Source: a virus
Lineage: Duplodnaviria > Caudoviricetes
Direction: 5' to 3' (one strand)
DNA length: 24,183 bases
IMG/VR virus record: IMGVR_UViG_3300037462_000671
Coordinates: 1 to 24,183 of that record
A model generated the notes under the pieces. The model was not told where the DNA came from. It worked only from the letters and a program-made list of their open reading frames with translations, and did not search any database. Shown here piece after piece: positions 7,442 through 16,029 of this stretch (position 1 is its first letter; each line of letters starts with the position of its first letter). A program made the position numbers and the translations under genes.

Positions 7442-8137
7442 TCAGCCGGGACGGACGAAGATGCTGGCCACCGGGACCGGGCTGTAGAAGCCTGCGGGTC
7501 CGCCGGTGGCGACGGGCAAGAGCGGCACCGCGGCCAGCGGCGAAGCGGCCCCGACGCCGAGCGCGACGGTGGCCGTGGAGATCGACGCGGTGGTCGCGCT
7601 GACCAGGAACTGCTTGTCGCCCAGGCTCATGCACTCGCCGGTCTTGAGGATGACGCGCCAGCCGTCCGCATCGAGCACCATCTGCCCGAACGGGTTCAGC
7701 AGGTTGAAGGCGCCGTCCGGCTCGATGACCAGCAGCGCGTCCGGCTCTCCGTTCTTGCCGCGCTGGAGCAGGGTGATCGTGCCGTCCTTCTGCACGATGA
7801 CGCCGCCGCGCCCGGTGGGGCACACGAACGCCGCGTCCCCGCGGGACAGCGACGGGATGGCGCCGACCGCGCGCAGGTCCCGGGTGCCGAGACAGACCGG
7901 GGTGCCGCCCACCTGCGTGGTGAGCGCCTGGCACGCGCCTGCGTCGTCCGGGTCGTCCGGCCGGTAGACCACGCACGCCACGCCCCAGACCTCGGCGTCG
8001 TGCCCCACCTGGCCGTCCGTGTCGCTGCCGTCGCGGAGCGTGGCGGTGACCAGCGTGGCGTCGCCTCCGGAGGCGTCGGCCCCGTAGGTGGCGCCGAACA
8101 GGGTGCTGTACTGGAGTGCTGAGGCCATGGTGCTCAT
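7442..8137 (-). CDS. Baseplate central spike (Mu gp45 / P2 gpV-like), 231 aa
   Basis: Start re-assigned to ATG 8137 (ATGA overlap with the hub stop). OB-fold-like N-terminus (WGVACVVYRP, LGTRDLR, LSRGDA) followed by short beta repeats (IVQKDGTITL, IEPDGAFNL, LDADGWRV). Confidence 0.8.
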   Translation of the reverse strand: MSTMASALQYSTLFGATYGADASGGDATLVTATLRDGSDTDGQVGHDAEVWGVACVVYRPDDPDDAGACQALTTQVGGTPVCLGTRDLRAVGAIPSLSRGDAAFVCPTGRGGVIVQKDGTITLLQRGKNGEPDALLVIEPDGAFNLLNPFGQMVLDADGWRVILKTGECMSLGDKQFLVSATTASISTATVALGVGAASPLAAVPLLPVATGGPAGFYSPVPVASIFVRPG

Positions 8138-9489
8138 GTGGTGGTGGGGGTGCCCGGCTGAAGCGGCGCGGCCTGGTTGTCGTACTGCCGCTGCGCCTCT
8201 TCGGTGAGCGCCTTGCCGGCGCCGTGCACGGCGATGACGGCGTAGTCCAGCCCGGTGAACTCGCGCTTGCTCACCGGCGGCTTGGCCACGACGGCAGCGC
8301 GTGCGGCGGCCGGCTTGGCGAAGGGCGGCAGGCTCTCGTTGGCGTAGTAGTCCAGCAGCAGGCTGTCTGCCGGGATGAGCGTCAGGTCCGTGAACGTGCC
8401 GGCGCGGCTCTTGCGGAAGGTGCGCTTCTCGACCCACATCGGGCCGGAGACCCCGCACACCTCGTCGGTGACGTTGACCACCGTGTCCACGTTGTAGATG
8501 CCGCCGCCCTTCGGGTCAGAGAGCCCGCGCACGGTCACCTGGTAGACGCACGCCTGACGGAGCGCCTTGCCCATGAGGAACCGGGCGTAGGCGTCCGCGT
8601 GCTCCTTGTCGTCGCACTCGTCGTCGGTGACGTAGAACGGCTTCCAGAACGGCGCGCCCTCGTGCACCGCGAGGCCGATGGGGGTGGACTTCGGGCCGGG
8701 CTTGCTGCTCTTGCCGTAGACGTAGATGTGCGACGGGACGGCGGTGTTGTCGCTGCGGATCGAGGCGCGCTCGATGGTGTTGGCCGCGCCGGTGCCGCGC
8801 CGGTTGACCAGCTCCCCCATCGGGTCCTGGTCGTAGCAGGGCGAGGAGATGACCACGCCCTGCCCGTCCGGGCGCGCCCAGGCGTGGTAGCCGACGCGGT
8901 GCGCGAACCGGCTAAAGTAAGCGTAGGCGCCCTCGTTGGAGCGGGGCTGCAACTCGCGCTCCGGGTCCGTGGTGCGGCGCCGCTTCGGCCGGGGCCGGGC
9001 CGGGATGGCGCGGCCGACGGCGAGCGACCGGGCCGCGGTGGCTGCCGCGTCGTTGTCCTGGATCTCGACGGTGCCAGCGCCGAACGTCACCGGCAACTGG
9101 AACTCCTGCTGGAACACCAGCCGGGCGATGTCCCGGAGGCTCATGCCCTTCTGCACAGCGAGGCGCCGGTCGATGTGCGCGTCCACCACCGGGCTGAGGA
9201 TGTCGCGCCCGGTGACCTCCACGCTGGTGCCCTCGTGGCCGGACGAGATGCTGACGCTATCGATCACGCCGCTGATCTGCGGAGAGCCGTTCACCTGCAA
9301 CTGGAACTGCGACCCCTTGCGCAGCCGCGTCACCAGGCCAAAGCGCGTCTCATCCGCACCCACGCGCAGGCGCATGGTCTGGCACGGGTCCAGGAACGAG
9401 TCGTCCACCGTGGCCTCCGTCCACAGGTCGAACTCCTCGCCGGTCTCGCACAGCAGCGTGATGCGGTCTAGTTCCGGGGCGGTGGTCAT
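8134..9489 (-). CDS. Baseplate hub protein (Mu gp44/gpP-like), 451 aa
   Basis: W..ATVDDSFLDPC, SGVIDSV, VTGRDILSPVVD, WARPDGQGVV and IYNVDTVVNVTDE...MWVEKRTF..S..GTFTDLTL match the Mu P/late control D fold pattern. Synteny supports it. Confidence 0.88.
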   Translation of the reverse strand: MTTAPELDRITLLCETGEEFDLWTEATVDDSFLDPCQTMRLRVGADETRFGLVTRLRKGSQFQLQVNGSPQISGVIDSVSISSGHEGTSVEVTGRDILSPVVDAHIDRRLAVQKGMSLRDIARLVFQQEFQLPVTFGAGTVEIQDNDAAATAARSLAVGRAIPARPRPKRRRTTDPERELQPRSNEGAYAYFSRFAHRVGYHAWARPDGQGVVISSPCYDQDPMGELVNRRGTGAANTIERASIRSDNTAVPSHIYVYGKSSKPGPKSTPIGLAVHEGAPFWKPFYVTDDECDDKEHADAYARFLMGKALRQACVYQVTVRGLSDPKGGGIYNVDTVVNVTDEVCGVSGPMWVEKRTFRKSRAGTFTDLTLIPADSLLLDYYANESLPPFAKPAAARAAVVAKPPVSKREFTGLDYAVIAVHGAGKALTEEAQRQYDNQAAPLQPGTPTTT

Positions 9490-10415
9490 GCGAGGACGAA
9501 GATCTGCGTGCCGGTGCTCACGACGTCGGCGCCGGCCAGGAGCGGGTTGAGGCGGAAGAGGTCACCCAGCGGCGTGGAGAACAGCGCGCTGATGTCCGGT
9601 GCGGTCATGTCGCGCGGGAGCGTCACCGGGCGGATGGGCCGGGTCTGCCGGCGCACCTCCTCGGACAGACGCACCAGCGACGCGAACAGGCGCTCGAGCG
9701 CGTTGAGCGCGGTGACGTTGCGCGGCTCGTTCAGGCTGGAGATGGTGTCGGCCAGGTCGTTCACGGCGCTGGCCATGCCGTCGATCTTGTTGAGGATGTT
9801 GCCCACGCCGAACTGCACCTGCAGCAGAAGGCCATTGAGTTGCTTGATCGAGTCCAGCAACGACGGGCGCAGGGACACCGGCAGGTCCGGGGGCACGGGG
9901 CCCACCGTGGCGCTGTCGAAGGACCGGGCCGCGTCGTAGCAGGACCCGAGCGGGGAGACCTGCGCCAGCAGCGCGGCCAGTTCGTCCTCGCGGTCGGTCG
10001 CCTCGATGAACGTCACGTTCACGTCCACGCCGTCGCGGCGCGCCGGGTCCACCTGCACGTCGATGCGCTGGCACTTGACCGTGAGGGTGCCCAGGATCGG
10101 GTGCACCAGTGGGCCCGCGCTCCGGTCTGCACACGCGGACTGGAACCGGAACAGGTTGTTCGGGAAGGCGTCGCGCCCCCCGCCCTCGCCCACGATGCCC
10201 CGGCGGAACAGCGCGGTGAACGTGAACGTCGCCGGGTTGCGCCCGGTGCTCTCGATGAACCCGGCATCCCGGTCCGGGTACGTGTGCACGGCGTGCTGCT
10301 GGTCGAACGCCCAGGAGATGGGGCCGCACTCGAACGAGATCCCGCGCCAGGACGCCAACTGCGTCGTGGCCAGCACGTCCAGGTCGCTGCGCTTGGTGTT
10401 CGGGTCGATGGCCAT
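9486..10415 (-). CDS. Mu gpN-like 'DNA circularisation N-terminal' tail tube initiator with C-terminal LysM-like domain, 309 aa
   Basis: ASWRGISF...H.YPDRD...E.TGR and GPLVHPILG motifs. C-terminal DISALF...DLFRLNP.L...V.TGTQI is LysM-like. Confidence 0.9.
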   Translation of the reverse strand: MAIDPNTKRSDLDVLATTQLASWRGISFECGPISWAFDQQHAVHTYPDRDAGFIESTGRNPATFTFTALFRRGIVGEGGGRDAFPNNLFRFQSACADRSAGPLVHPILGTLTVKCQRIDVQVDPARRDGVDVNVTFIEATDREDELAALLAQVSPLGSCYDAARSFDSATVGPVPPDLPVSLRPSLLDSIKQLNGLLLQVQFGVGNILNKIDGMASAVNDLADTISSLNEPRNVTALNALERLFASLVRLSEEVRRQTRPIRPVTLPRDMTAPDISALFSTPLGDLFRLNPLLAGADVVSTGTQIFVLA

Positions 10416-10420
10416 GAGGG

Positions 10421-10436
10421 TGCTAGACTCGGCGCC
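10421..10436 (+). promoter_or_regulatory. Candidate extended -10 promoter (TGcTAGACT) for a leaderless mRNA starting at ATG 10437
   Basis: TG at 10421-10422, TAGACT at 10424-10429, then 7 nt to the ATG. No Shine-Dalgarno and no clear -35. TA-containing hexamers like this are rare in the window. Confidence 0.55.
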
Positions 10437-10853
10437 ATGTCAAAGCTCGACACCGCCATGAAGGTCACGCTGCTGCTGTCCGGTCTCGCCTACCTGGTAG
10501 GAGGCGGACTGGACGCGCTCACGATACTGGTTGCACGAGGCAAGGCAGGGTCAGATCAACTGACCTACCAGGCCAGCGCGTCCGGCGAGGCTGCTGCGCT
10601 CACATTCACCAACCTTAACCGGTTCCCCACGTTCGCGTGCGTCAAGGGGCTCGTGGTCGGGCCCGGCGGCGCCAAGGTGGAGAGCCATCCGGTGTGCACC
10701 GGCGACATGCCCCCGCGGTCCACCGTGCACCTGACCGCGCCGTTCAAGGTGGGCGCCGTGCTGTCGATCTGCAACCGCAAGACCGAACTGGGCAAGGTGC
10801 TGGACTGGTCTGACTGTACGTTTGACGTGGTGGACGTGACGCGCCTTGTGCGC
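10437..10853 (+). CDS. Antisense-oriented moron: N-terminally membrane-anchored protein with a 4-Cys extracytoplasmic beta domain (about 139 aa unique part; reading frame stays open to 12671)
   Basis: MSKLDTAMKVTLLLSGLAYLVGGGLDALTILVARGK (hydrophobic anchor), then FACVKG, PVCTGD, SICNRK, WSDCTFDV. Fills the only sizeable gap in the minus-strand operon. The end given here is the boundary with the tape measure gene, not a stop codon. Confidence 0.7.
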
Positions 10854-13121
10854 TTACTCCGTCTGCGCCTTGGGGCCCTGCAGGTTGCTGGACCGGATGG
10901 CGTCGGCGATGGGCGCGGCGATGGCGTCCGGGTTGGCGATCTGGATGGACGAGCTTGCGTCGAGCTTCACCTGCGCCTTGGTCAGCGCGTCGGTGAGCCC
11001 GGCGATGAGCTTGTTGGCGTCCTCGGCCTGGTTGCCGCCGGTTACCTTGTCCACGAAGCCGGTGACGCCGCCGCCGACCTCGCGCAACTGACTGACGAGT
11101 TGCTGCCCGCGAGCAACCTCTTCCTTGGTCGCGTTGCCGCCCCGGATCTTGAACTCCAGGTTGTTGGCCTCGTTGAGAACGCTGCGCTTCTTCGTCAGGT
11201 CGTCCTTGATGGCGTCCACGCCGAGGCCGCCCAGCATGTAGCCGCCAGCTCCAGCCGCCAGCGCGCCCATGGCCGTGGCCCCGGTGAGGCCAGCGGCACC
11301 GGTGAGCGCAGCGCGACCGCCAGCCATGGCCGCGGCAGCCTTGCCTCCGACGGCAGCGCCGATGGCGGACTGGCCGAGCGAGTGCGCGGCAGCAGCGCCC
11401 ACGGCGCCCGTGACCGCGTTGCCTGCGACGAGCCCGGCGCCAGCGAGCACCGGGTGCTTGGCGATGAACCCGAACAACTGCGCCATGGCAGGCGTGGCGC
11501 TGGCGATGACCGGGATCAGTTCACTGAAGGACCTGGCGAGCGCGTCGGCGTGGGGCACGATGGCGTCCACGAACTTCAGCAGCACGTCGGCGCCCTTCTC
11601 GGCCACCGGCACGAACTTGAGCATGGCCGGCATGAGCTTGTCAGCCAGGTCCATGCTGAGTTGATCGAGGCGCTGTTGGAGTTTCTGGGCCTTGGCCTCT
11701 GGCGTCTCCATCGACGCACTGAACGCTGCTGCCTCGTCGCCCTTGCCCAGCGTGGCGCCGCGCATCTTGGCGAACTCGGCGCGCACCGCGGCCTCTCCGG
11801 CCTGGCCACCACCGGCAGACTGGAAGATGGTCTCAAACCCCATCGTGGCCCGGCGCGCTTGCACGTCGGCGAAGAGCTTGCCCATGCGCACGCTGTCGCC
11901 TCCGGTCTTGCGGAGCGCGTTGACGATGATCTCCTCCGGGTCCAGCAGAAGCCCGGTCTTCTTGTCCTTGAACTCCGCACCCTCGGCGGCGAAGGCGTTG
12001 ACGCGAGCTTCCTTGCTGAACGTATTGACAAATGCTTGCACGCTGGTCACGGCCTGCGCCGCGGACTTGGCTCCGCCACGCTGGCGGGACACCTGCGTCA
12101 TCGCGCCGAGCGTACCCATGGTCGCATCGGCAGCGTTGCCAAACCGGCTCGTGTTGGCAGCGAGTCCGGCCATCTGCTTGGACAGGTCCTTGACCTCGAC
12201 CGCGCCGAGTTTCCCCTGCCCGGCGAAGGTGCGCATGATGATGTTCACCATGTCGCCCTTGTTGGCCACATCGCCCAGGTTGGCGGCCACGTCACCGGCG
12301 GCCGAGGCCATGTGCGACACGTCCGAGCCGGTGGCGCGCGAGAGCCGGGCCAGTCCTTCGATGCTGGCCACGCCGGTCTTGAGGTCACCGGTCTTGGCGA
12401 CGAACGCCTGCAAGCCTTCCAGCACCTTGCTCGGGTCCATGGCGGTGGCCTCGCCCACGGCCTGTGCGCGCGCCATGAGTTCCCGGGCGCGCTTCTGCCG
12501 CTCCACCATGCCGATCTGCTCGGCCTCGTCTCCACTGACGCTGGCGTTGACCAGATCGGTCGCCATCTTGGTGCGTTCGCTGGCGATGCGCACGCCGCGC
12601 CCCGGACCCACGTCCAGGCCGAACATGGACTGCCCGAGGCTCATGACGCCGCCGGCCACGGCGCGGGCTAGCCCCAAAGACTGGCGAGCCCCGCGCATGG
12701 CGCCGGATGCTGCGCCGCCAATGACGCCGCCGAGGGCGCGCTGCCGCTCACGAAAGAGGAAGTCCGCTCGCGCTCGCTCTTGGTTGTGCACGCGCTGCCG
12801 CTCGCGCTCGACCTTGCGCTCCTCCAGCATCTTCTCGCGGTTAGCCTGGCGCACCACGGCCACGACCTCGCGCGCCTTGACCCGCTCGGCCTCCAGTTCG
12901 GCGCGCCGCGCCCGCTCTGCCTCGCGCTCGGCTGCGCGCTTAGCCGCAGCGATCTCGCGCTCGGCCTGCCGGTTGGCGCTGACCCGCTCCTTGGCCGCCG
13001 TGCGCTCGGCCGCCACGCTCTGACGCATGGCGCGCTCGCTCGCACGGCTGACGCTCAGGAAGGCGTTGGAGACCGCATCGACGCCGCCGATACGAAAGTT
13101 GATCTTGACTTCAGCGGCCAT
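10854..13121 (-). CDS. Tail tape measure protein, 755 aa
   Basis: Located after the tube and chaperone genes. Ala/Gly-rich and helical, with a central TP901-type core (FAGQGKLGAVEVKDLSKQM...AVTSVQAF) and C-terminal hydrophobic segments. Confidence 0.92.
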   Translation of the reverse strand: MAAEVKINFRIGGVDAVSNAFLSVSRASERAMRQSVAAERTAAKERVSANRQAEREIAAAKRAAEREAERARRAELEAERVKAREVVAVVRQANREKMLEERKVERERQRVHNQERARADFLFRERQRALGGVIGGAASGAMRGARQSLGLARAVAGGVMSLGQSMFGLDVGPGRGVRIASERTKMATDLVNASVSGDEAEQIGMVERQKRARELMARAQAVGEATAMDPSKVLEGLQAFVAKTGDLKTGVASIEGLARLSRATGSDVSHMASAAGDVAANLGDVANKGDMVNIIMRTFAGQGKLGAVEVKDLSKQMAGLAANTSRFGNAADATMGTLGAMTQVSRQRGGAKSAAQAVTSVQAFVNTFSKEARVNAFAAEGAEFKDKKTGLLLDPEEIIVNALRKTGGDSVRMGKLFADVQARRATMGFETIFQSAGGGQAGEAAVRAEFAKMRGATLGKGDEAAAFSASMETPEAKAQKLQQRLDQLSMDLADKLMPAMLKFVPVAEKGADVLLKFVDAIVPHADALARSFSELIPVIASATPAMAQLFGFIAKHPVLAGAGLVAGNAVTGAVGAAAAHSLGQSAIGAAVGGKAAAAMAGGRAALTGAAGLTGATAMGALAAGAGGYMLGGLGVDAIKDDLTKKRSVLNEANNLEFKIRGGNATKEEVARGQQLVSQLREVGGGVTGFVDKVTGGNQAEDANKLIAGLTDALTKAQVKLDASSSIQIANPDAIAAPIADAIRSSNLQGPKAQTE

Positions 13122-13169
13122 GCTTGCGGTCGAACTCTTCCAGGGCGCGGTGGATGCCCAGCACCAGGA

Positions 13170-13796
13170 TCATGTCGGTGTCGGGCCAGTCGAGGACGCT
13201 TCCGGTGCGGCCCAAGACCTCACGCAGTAGGTGATGAGGATCTCTAGCGCCTCGCGCGAGCAGTAGGAGAAAGGGTGCTCCAGCGTGCCCTCCTTGACCA
13301 CGCGCAGGAACGCCTCGATCTCCTCGTCGGTCATGTCGCCCAGCCGCGGGTTGCGGTTGGCGAGCTTGACGTAGACGTTGGCCAGGATGCCGATCTCCTC
13401 CGGCGTCGTGTGCTCCCGGATCTCCATGGGGCCGCTGGAGAAGAACGGCTTGCTCGGGTCGTCCGGCTCACGGCACGCCACGGCCAGCATCTCGGTGATG
13501 CGCGCGTTGTGCTCCAGTTCCTCCGGGCGCCAGTCGAGGGCCTGGTCCTTGCGGGACGTGGCCAGCAGGCGCTCGACGTACAGGCGCGCGTTGGCCAGCG
13601 CCATGTCTTGCTCGGCGATGGTCAGCAGGCGGACGTGCACCTTGGCCACCGGCAGCCCGGCGTCGTCGAGGCGCGGGTAGTCCACGACGGCGTGAGGCAG
13701 GGAGCCGCGGCTGATGAGGCGCTGGACCAGCGTGCCCGGCGGCACCTTCCTCGGGTGGATGTCGTCCGGGATCTTGGAGGCGACGGGGAGGCCCAT
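13170..13796 (-). CDS. Tail assembly chaperone (lambda gpG-equivalent), 208 aa
   Basis: Position between tube and tape measure. VHVRLLT.AE motif. Slippery heptamer near the 3' end. Confidence 0.75.
   Translation of the reverse strand: MGLPVASKIPDDIHPRKVPPGTLVQRLISRGSLPHAVVDYPRLDDAGLPVAKVHVRLLTIAEQDMALANARLYVERLLATSRKDQALDWRPEELEHNARITEMLAVACREPDDPSKPFFSSGPMEIREHTTPEEIGILANVYVKLANRNPRLGDMTDEEIEAFLRVVKEGTLEHPFSYCSREALEILITYCVRSWAAPEASSTGPTPT
13269..13275 (-). other. Candidate programmed -1 frameshift site C_CCT_TTC giving a 228-aa gpGT-like product ending at 13111
   Basis: X_XXY_YYZ heptamer in the correct phase (CAC CCT TTC). The -1 frame is open for 52 codons to TGA 13111-13113. Confidence 0.65.
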
Positions 13797-13799
13797 GCG

Positions 13800-14180
13800 T
13801 CAGAGGTCCGAGGTCTTCACCGGGGCGCCGATGAAGCTGAAGCTGAACTCGGCCGCGCGGTCGGCGCCGAGGGACAGGGTGGTCTTGGTGATGAAGCCGG
13901 AGAACTTGAACTTCTTGGCCCCGGCGAAGATGACCATCTCCACGATGTCCACGCCCTGCATGGCGGCGATGGCGTCGTACTCGATGCCGGCGCGGGGCAG
14001 CGCGCTGGCCACGTCGATGGTGCTCTCCTCGCTCCCGGGGCTGACCCCGGCGAACCCCTTTTGCATCGTGTTGATAGGGTTGAGCTTCGCGTCCAGGTTG
14101 ACCGTGATGTTCATGCACTCGGCCAGGAGCTGGTTGTCCGCGAACAGCGCGCCGCGCTCGTAGATCTGTAGGCTCGACAT
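13800..14180 (-). CDS. Tail tube protein, 126 aa
   Basis: Directly follows the sheath. GAGG SD. Size and beta-rich pattern fit Mu gpM-like tubes. Confidence 0.85.
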   Translation of the reverse strand: MSSLQIYERGALFADNQLLAECMNITVNLDAKLNPINTMQKGFAGVSPGSEESTIDVASALPRAGIEYDAIAAMQGVDIVEMVIFAGAKKFKFSGFITKTTLSLGADRAAEFSFSFIGAPVKTSDL

Positions 14181-14192
14181 GGGTTACCTCGC

Positions 14193-15734
14193 TCAGGCGG
14201 CGGCGCTGCTCTCCTTGACGAGCAGCGCGTGTTGGTGAAGCAGGACCGCCGCGTAGAGCGGCACGCTGGTGTTGAGCCGGGACGGGACCAGCGGGTCCTG
14301 ACCGACGACGGTGGCGGCGATGGTCTCGTCCAGCCGGGCCGGATCGATCCACCCGGCTGCGGCGTACAGGTCCAGCACCTGCTCGATCAGCGCCTTCATG
14401 CGGCGCGGCGTGCAGAACTCGGCGCCGGGCTCGGGGCGGTTGCCCACCGGATCGCGCGTCACCTTGGTCCACGGCGCGGCGGCGATGCGCGCCACCAGCT
14501 CCGCGGTGAAGCGGTCGGCGACCGTGACGATGTGCGCGTCGCGCACGCGGTAGTCCGGGTTCGACCCCTGGCGGCAGCGCGTGGTCACGGCGCGGACGAT
14601 GTACGGGGCGCCGGACTCCGTGTAGGCGATGGGGGTGACGCCGCTGTTGAGCATGGTGCGCAGTTCCGTCGTGGTCGGCAGCGCGCTGTCGTTGAACGGG
14701 CGCGAGAGGCCGACGAGGATCTGCCCGGCCCGGGTGCCGTAGCCGTCGAAGCTGTAGCTGGGGTCCGCGCCGTTGTGGGTGAGGTACCGGCCGGCGACGA
14801 TGGCGCACAGCGCGTAGTGCTCGACCGGGCACTCCTCGGCGTTGATGAGGTCGGCGCGCTCGCGGTTGAGCGACGCCCCGGACGCGAGCGTGGCGGACGA
14901 CGCGGGCGAGAGGCAGGACGCGGCATAGACCTTCTGGCGGAAGCCGGTGCTGGGCTCGGCCTGCACCGTCACCTGGTCCATGAGCGCATCCAGCGGCGTG
15001 GCCTCCTGCGTGCCGGCCAGGATGACGTCGAACTTGCGCGGGAGCAGCGTGGCGAGCGCGGACGTGTAGGAGATGACGCCCACGCCGATGGCGGCGCCGC
15101 CCGCGCCGGACGAGCCCAGCGCGGTGTCCGCGGTGGGGGTGACGGTGGTGCCGATGCCGGTGCCGGTGATGCGAGCGCGGAAGCGCACGCTGTTGAGGTC
15201 GGTGCCGGCGATCTTGCCGGTGACGCTCACGGTGCCGGCGGCGTTGCTCGCGGTGACCGGGAGGTGCGTGCGCGCGTTGATGGCCACGGCGAGCGCGTCG
15301 CCGATGACCGTCGCCGTGTCGCCGGTGATGATCGGGACGTCGATCTGCTCACCGCAGATCCACACGCTCAGCACGCCGTTGGCGGTGGCGGTGGTGGCAA
15401 TGACGATGCGGTCGGTGGCCGCCGAGCCGGAGGCCGCAGCGGGGCACAGCAGCCAGACCTCGGAGGACTTGTTGTTGGCGAAGAACGCCCGGGCCATGCG
15501 GTGCGCGGGCGAGCCGGCGCCGGCCTGCTGGATCGCGTCCGCCTCGTCCTGGATCTGGACGATGGCCGTGTCCGGGGTGATCGCCCCGGAGGCGGTCTTG
15601 GGCGCGAGGATGAGCACGCGCCGGGGGCCGAGGTCAGCGCCGGGGCCTTGCGCGAAGCGGACCTCCGCGTAGATGCCCGGGATCGGGTTGGTGGCGTCAA
15701 GCCCGGTGAGGGCCAGGGAGAACGTGTCAGCCAT
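14193..15734 (-). CDS. Contractile tail sheath protein (Mu gpL-like), 513 aa
   Basis: PGIYAEV.F, GAGSPAHRM, LPVTAS..AGTV.VTGK..G..N and LNSGVTPI.....YIVRAVTT are Mu L-type motifs. GGAG SD. Confidence 0.95.
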   Translation of the reverse strand: MADTFSLALTGLDATNPIPGIYAEVRFAQGPGADLGPRRVLILAPKTASGAITPDTAIVQIQDEADAIQQAGAGSPAHRMARAFFANNKSSEVWLLCPAAASGSAATDRIVIATTATANGVLSVWICGEQIDVPIITGDTATVIGDALAVAINARTHLPVTASNAAGTVSVTGKIAGTDLNSVRFRARITGTGIGTTVTPTADTALGSSGAGGAAIGVGVISYTSALATLLPRKFDVILAGTQEATPLDALMDQVTVQAEPSTGFRQKVYAASCLSPASSATLASGASLNRERADLINAEECPVEHYALCAIVAGRYLTHNGADPSYSFDGYGTRAGQILVGLSRPFNDSALPTTTELRTMLNSGVTPIAYTESGAPYIVRAVTTRCRQGSNPDYRVRDAHIVTVADRFTAELVARIAAAPWTKVTRDPVGNRPEPGAEFCTPRRMKALIEQVLDLYAAAGWIDPARLDETIAATVVGQDPLVPSRLNTSVPLYAAVLLHQHALLVKESSAAA

Positions 15735-16029
15735 CGGTCACTCCAGCAGCGGTGGGTGGGAACGGGACGCCGAGGGCTTCGGCGGTGGACAGGTCAGCGG
15801 GGCGCAGTTCACCGTGGCGCACGAGCTTGGCGAAGAAGGCCCCCAGGTCGCGGGCCTCGCGCTTGCTCAGCACGTACCGGGTCGGGTGCTCGCTCAGCGC
15901 GTAGCCCCCGGCGCTGGCGTCGTAGGTCTTGCCGATGATGCGGATGACGCCGCCGAGCAGGGCGCGCGGGCAGGGCACGTTGACGTGCGGGACGCCGTGG
16001 AGGGAGAGCGTGACGGTGGGTAGGCTCAT
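15727..16029 (-). CDS. Small pre-sheath protein (Mu gp38/DUF2635-like position), 100 aa
   Basis: Start re-assigned to ATG 16029 (MSLPTVTL..., ATGA overlap). FFAKLVRHGEL resembles the YW.RR..DGD motif of gp38-like proteins. Confidence 0.65.
   Translation of the reverse strand: MSLPTVTLSLHGVPHVNVPCPRALLGGVIRIIGKTYDASAGGYALSEHPTRYVLSKREARDLGAFFAKLVRHGELRPADLSTAEALGVPFPPTAAGVTDG

Noticed and set aside
9840-10436. 5' extension of the 943-aa plus-strand ORF upstream of ATG 10437
   Set aside because: It is antisense to the gpN-like gene. Protein-like sequence and the promoter signal begin only at 10437.
3901-15734. Interpretation as a tailocin, eCIS or T6SS-like injection system
   Set aside because: Terminase, portal, protease, capsid and neck genes are contiguous with the tail genes, so this encodes a DNA-packaging particle.
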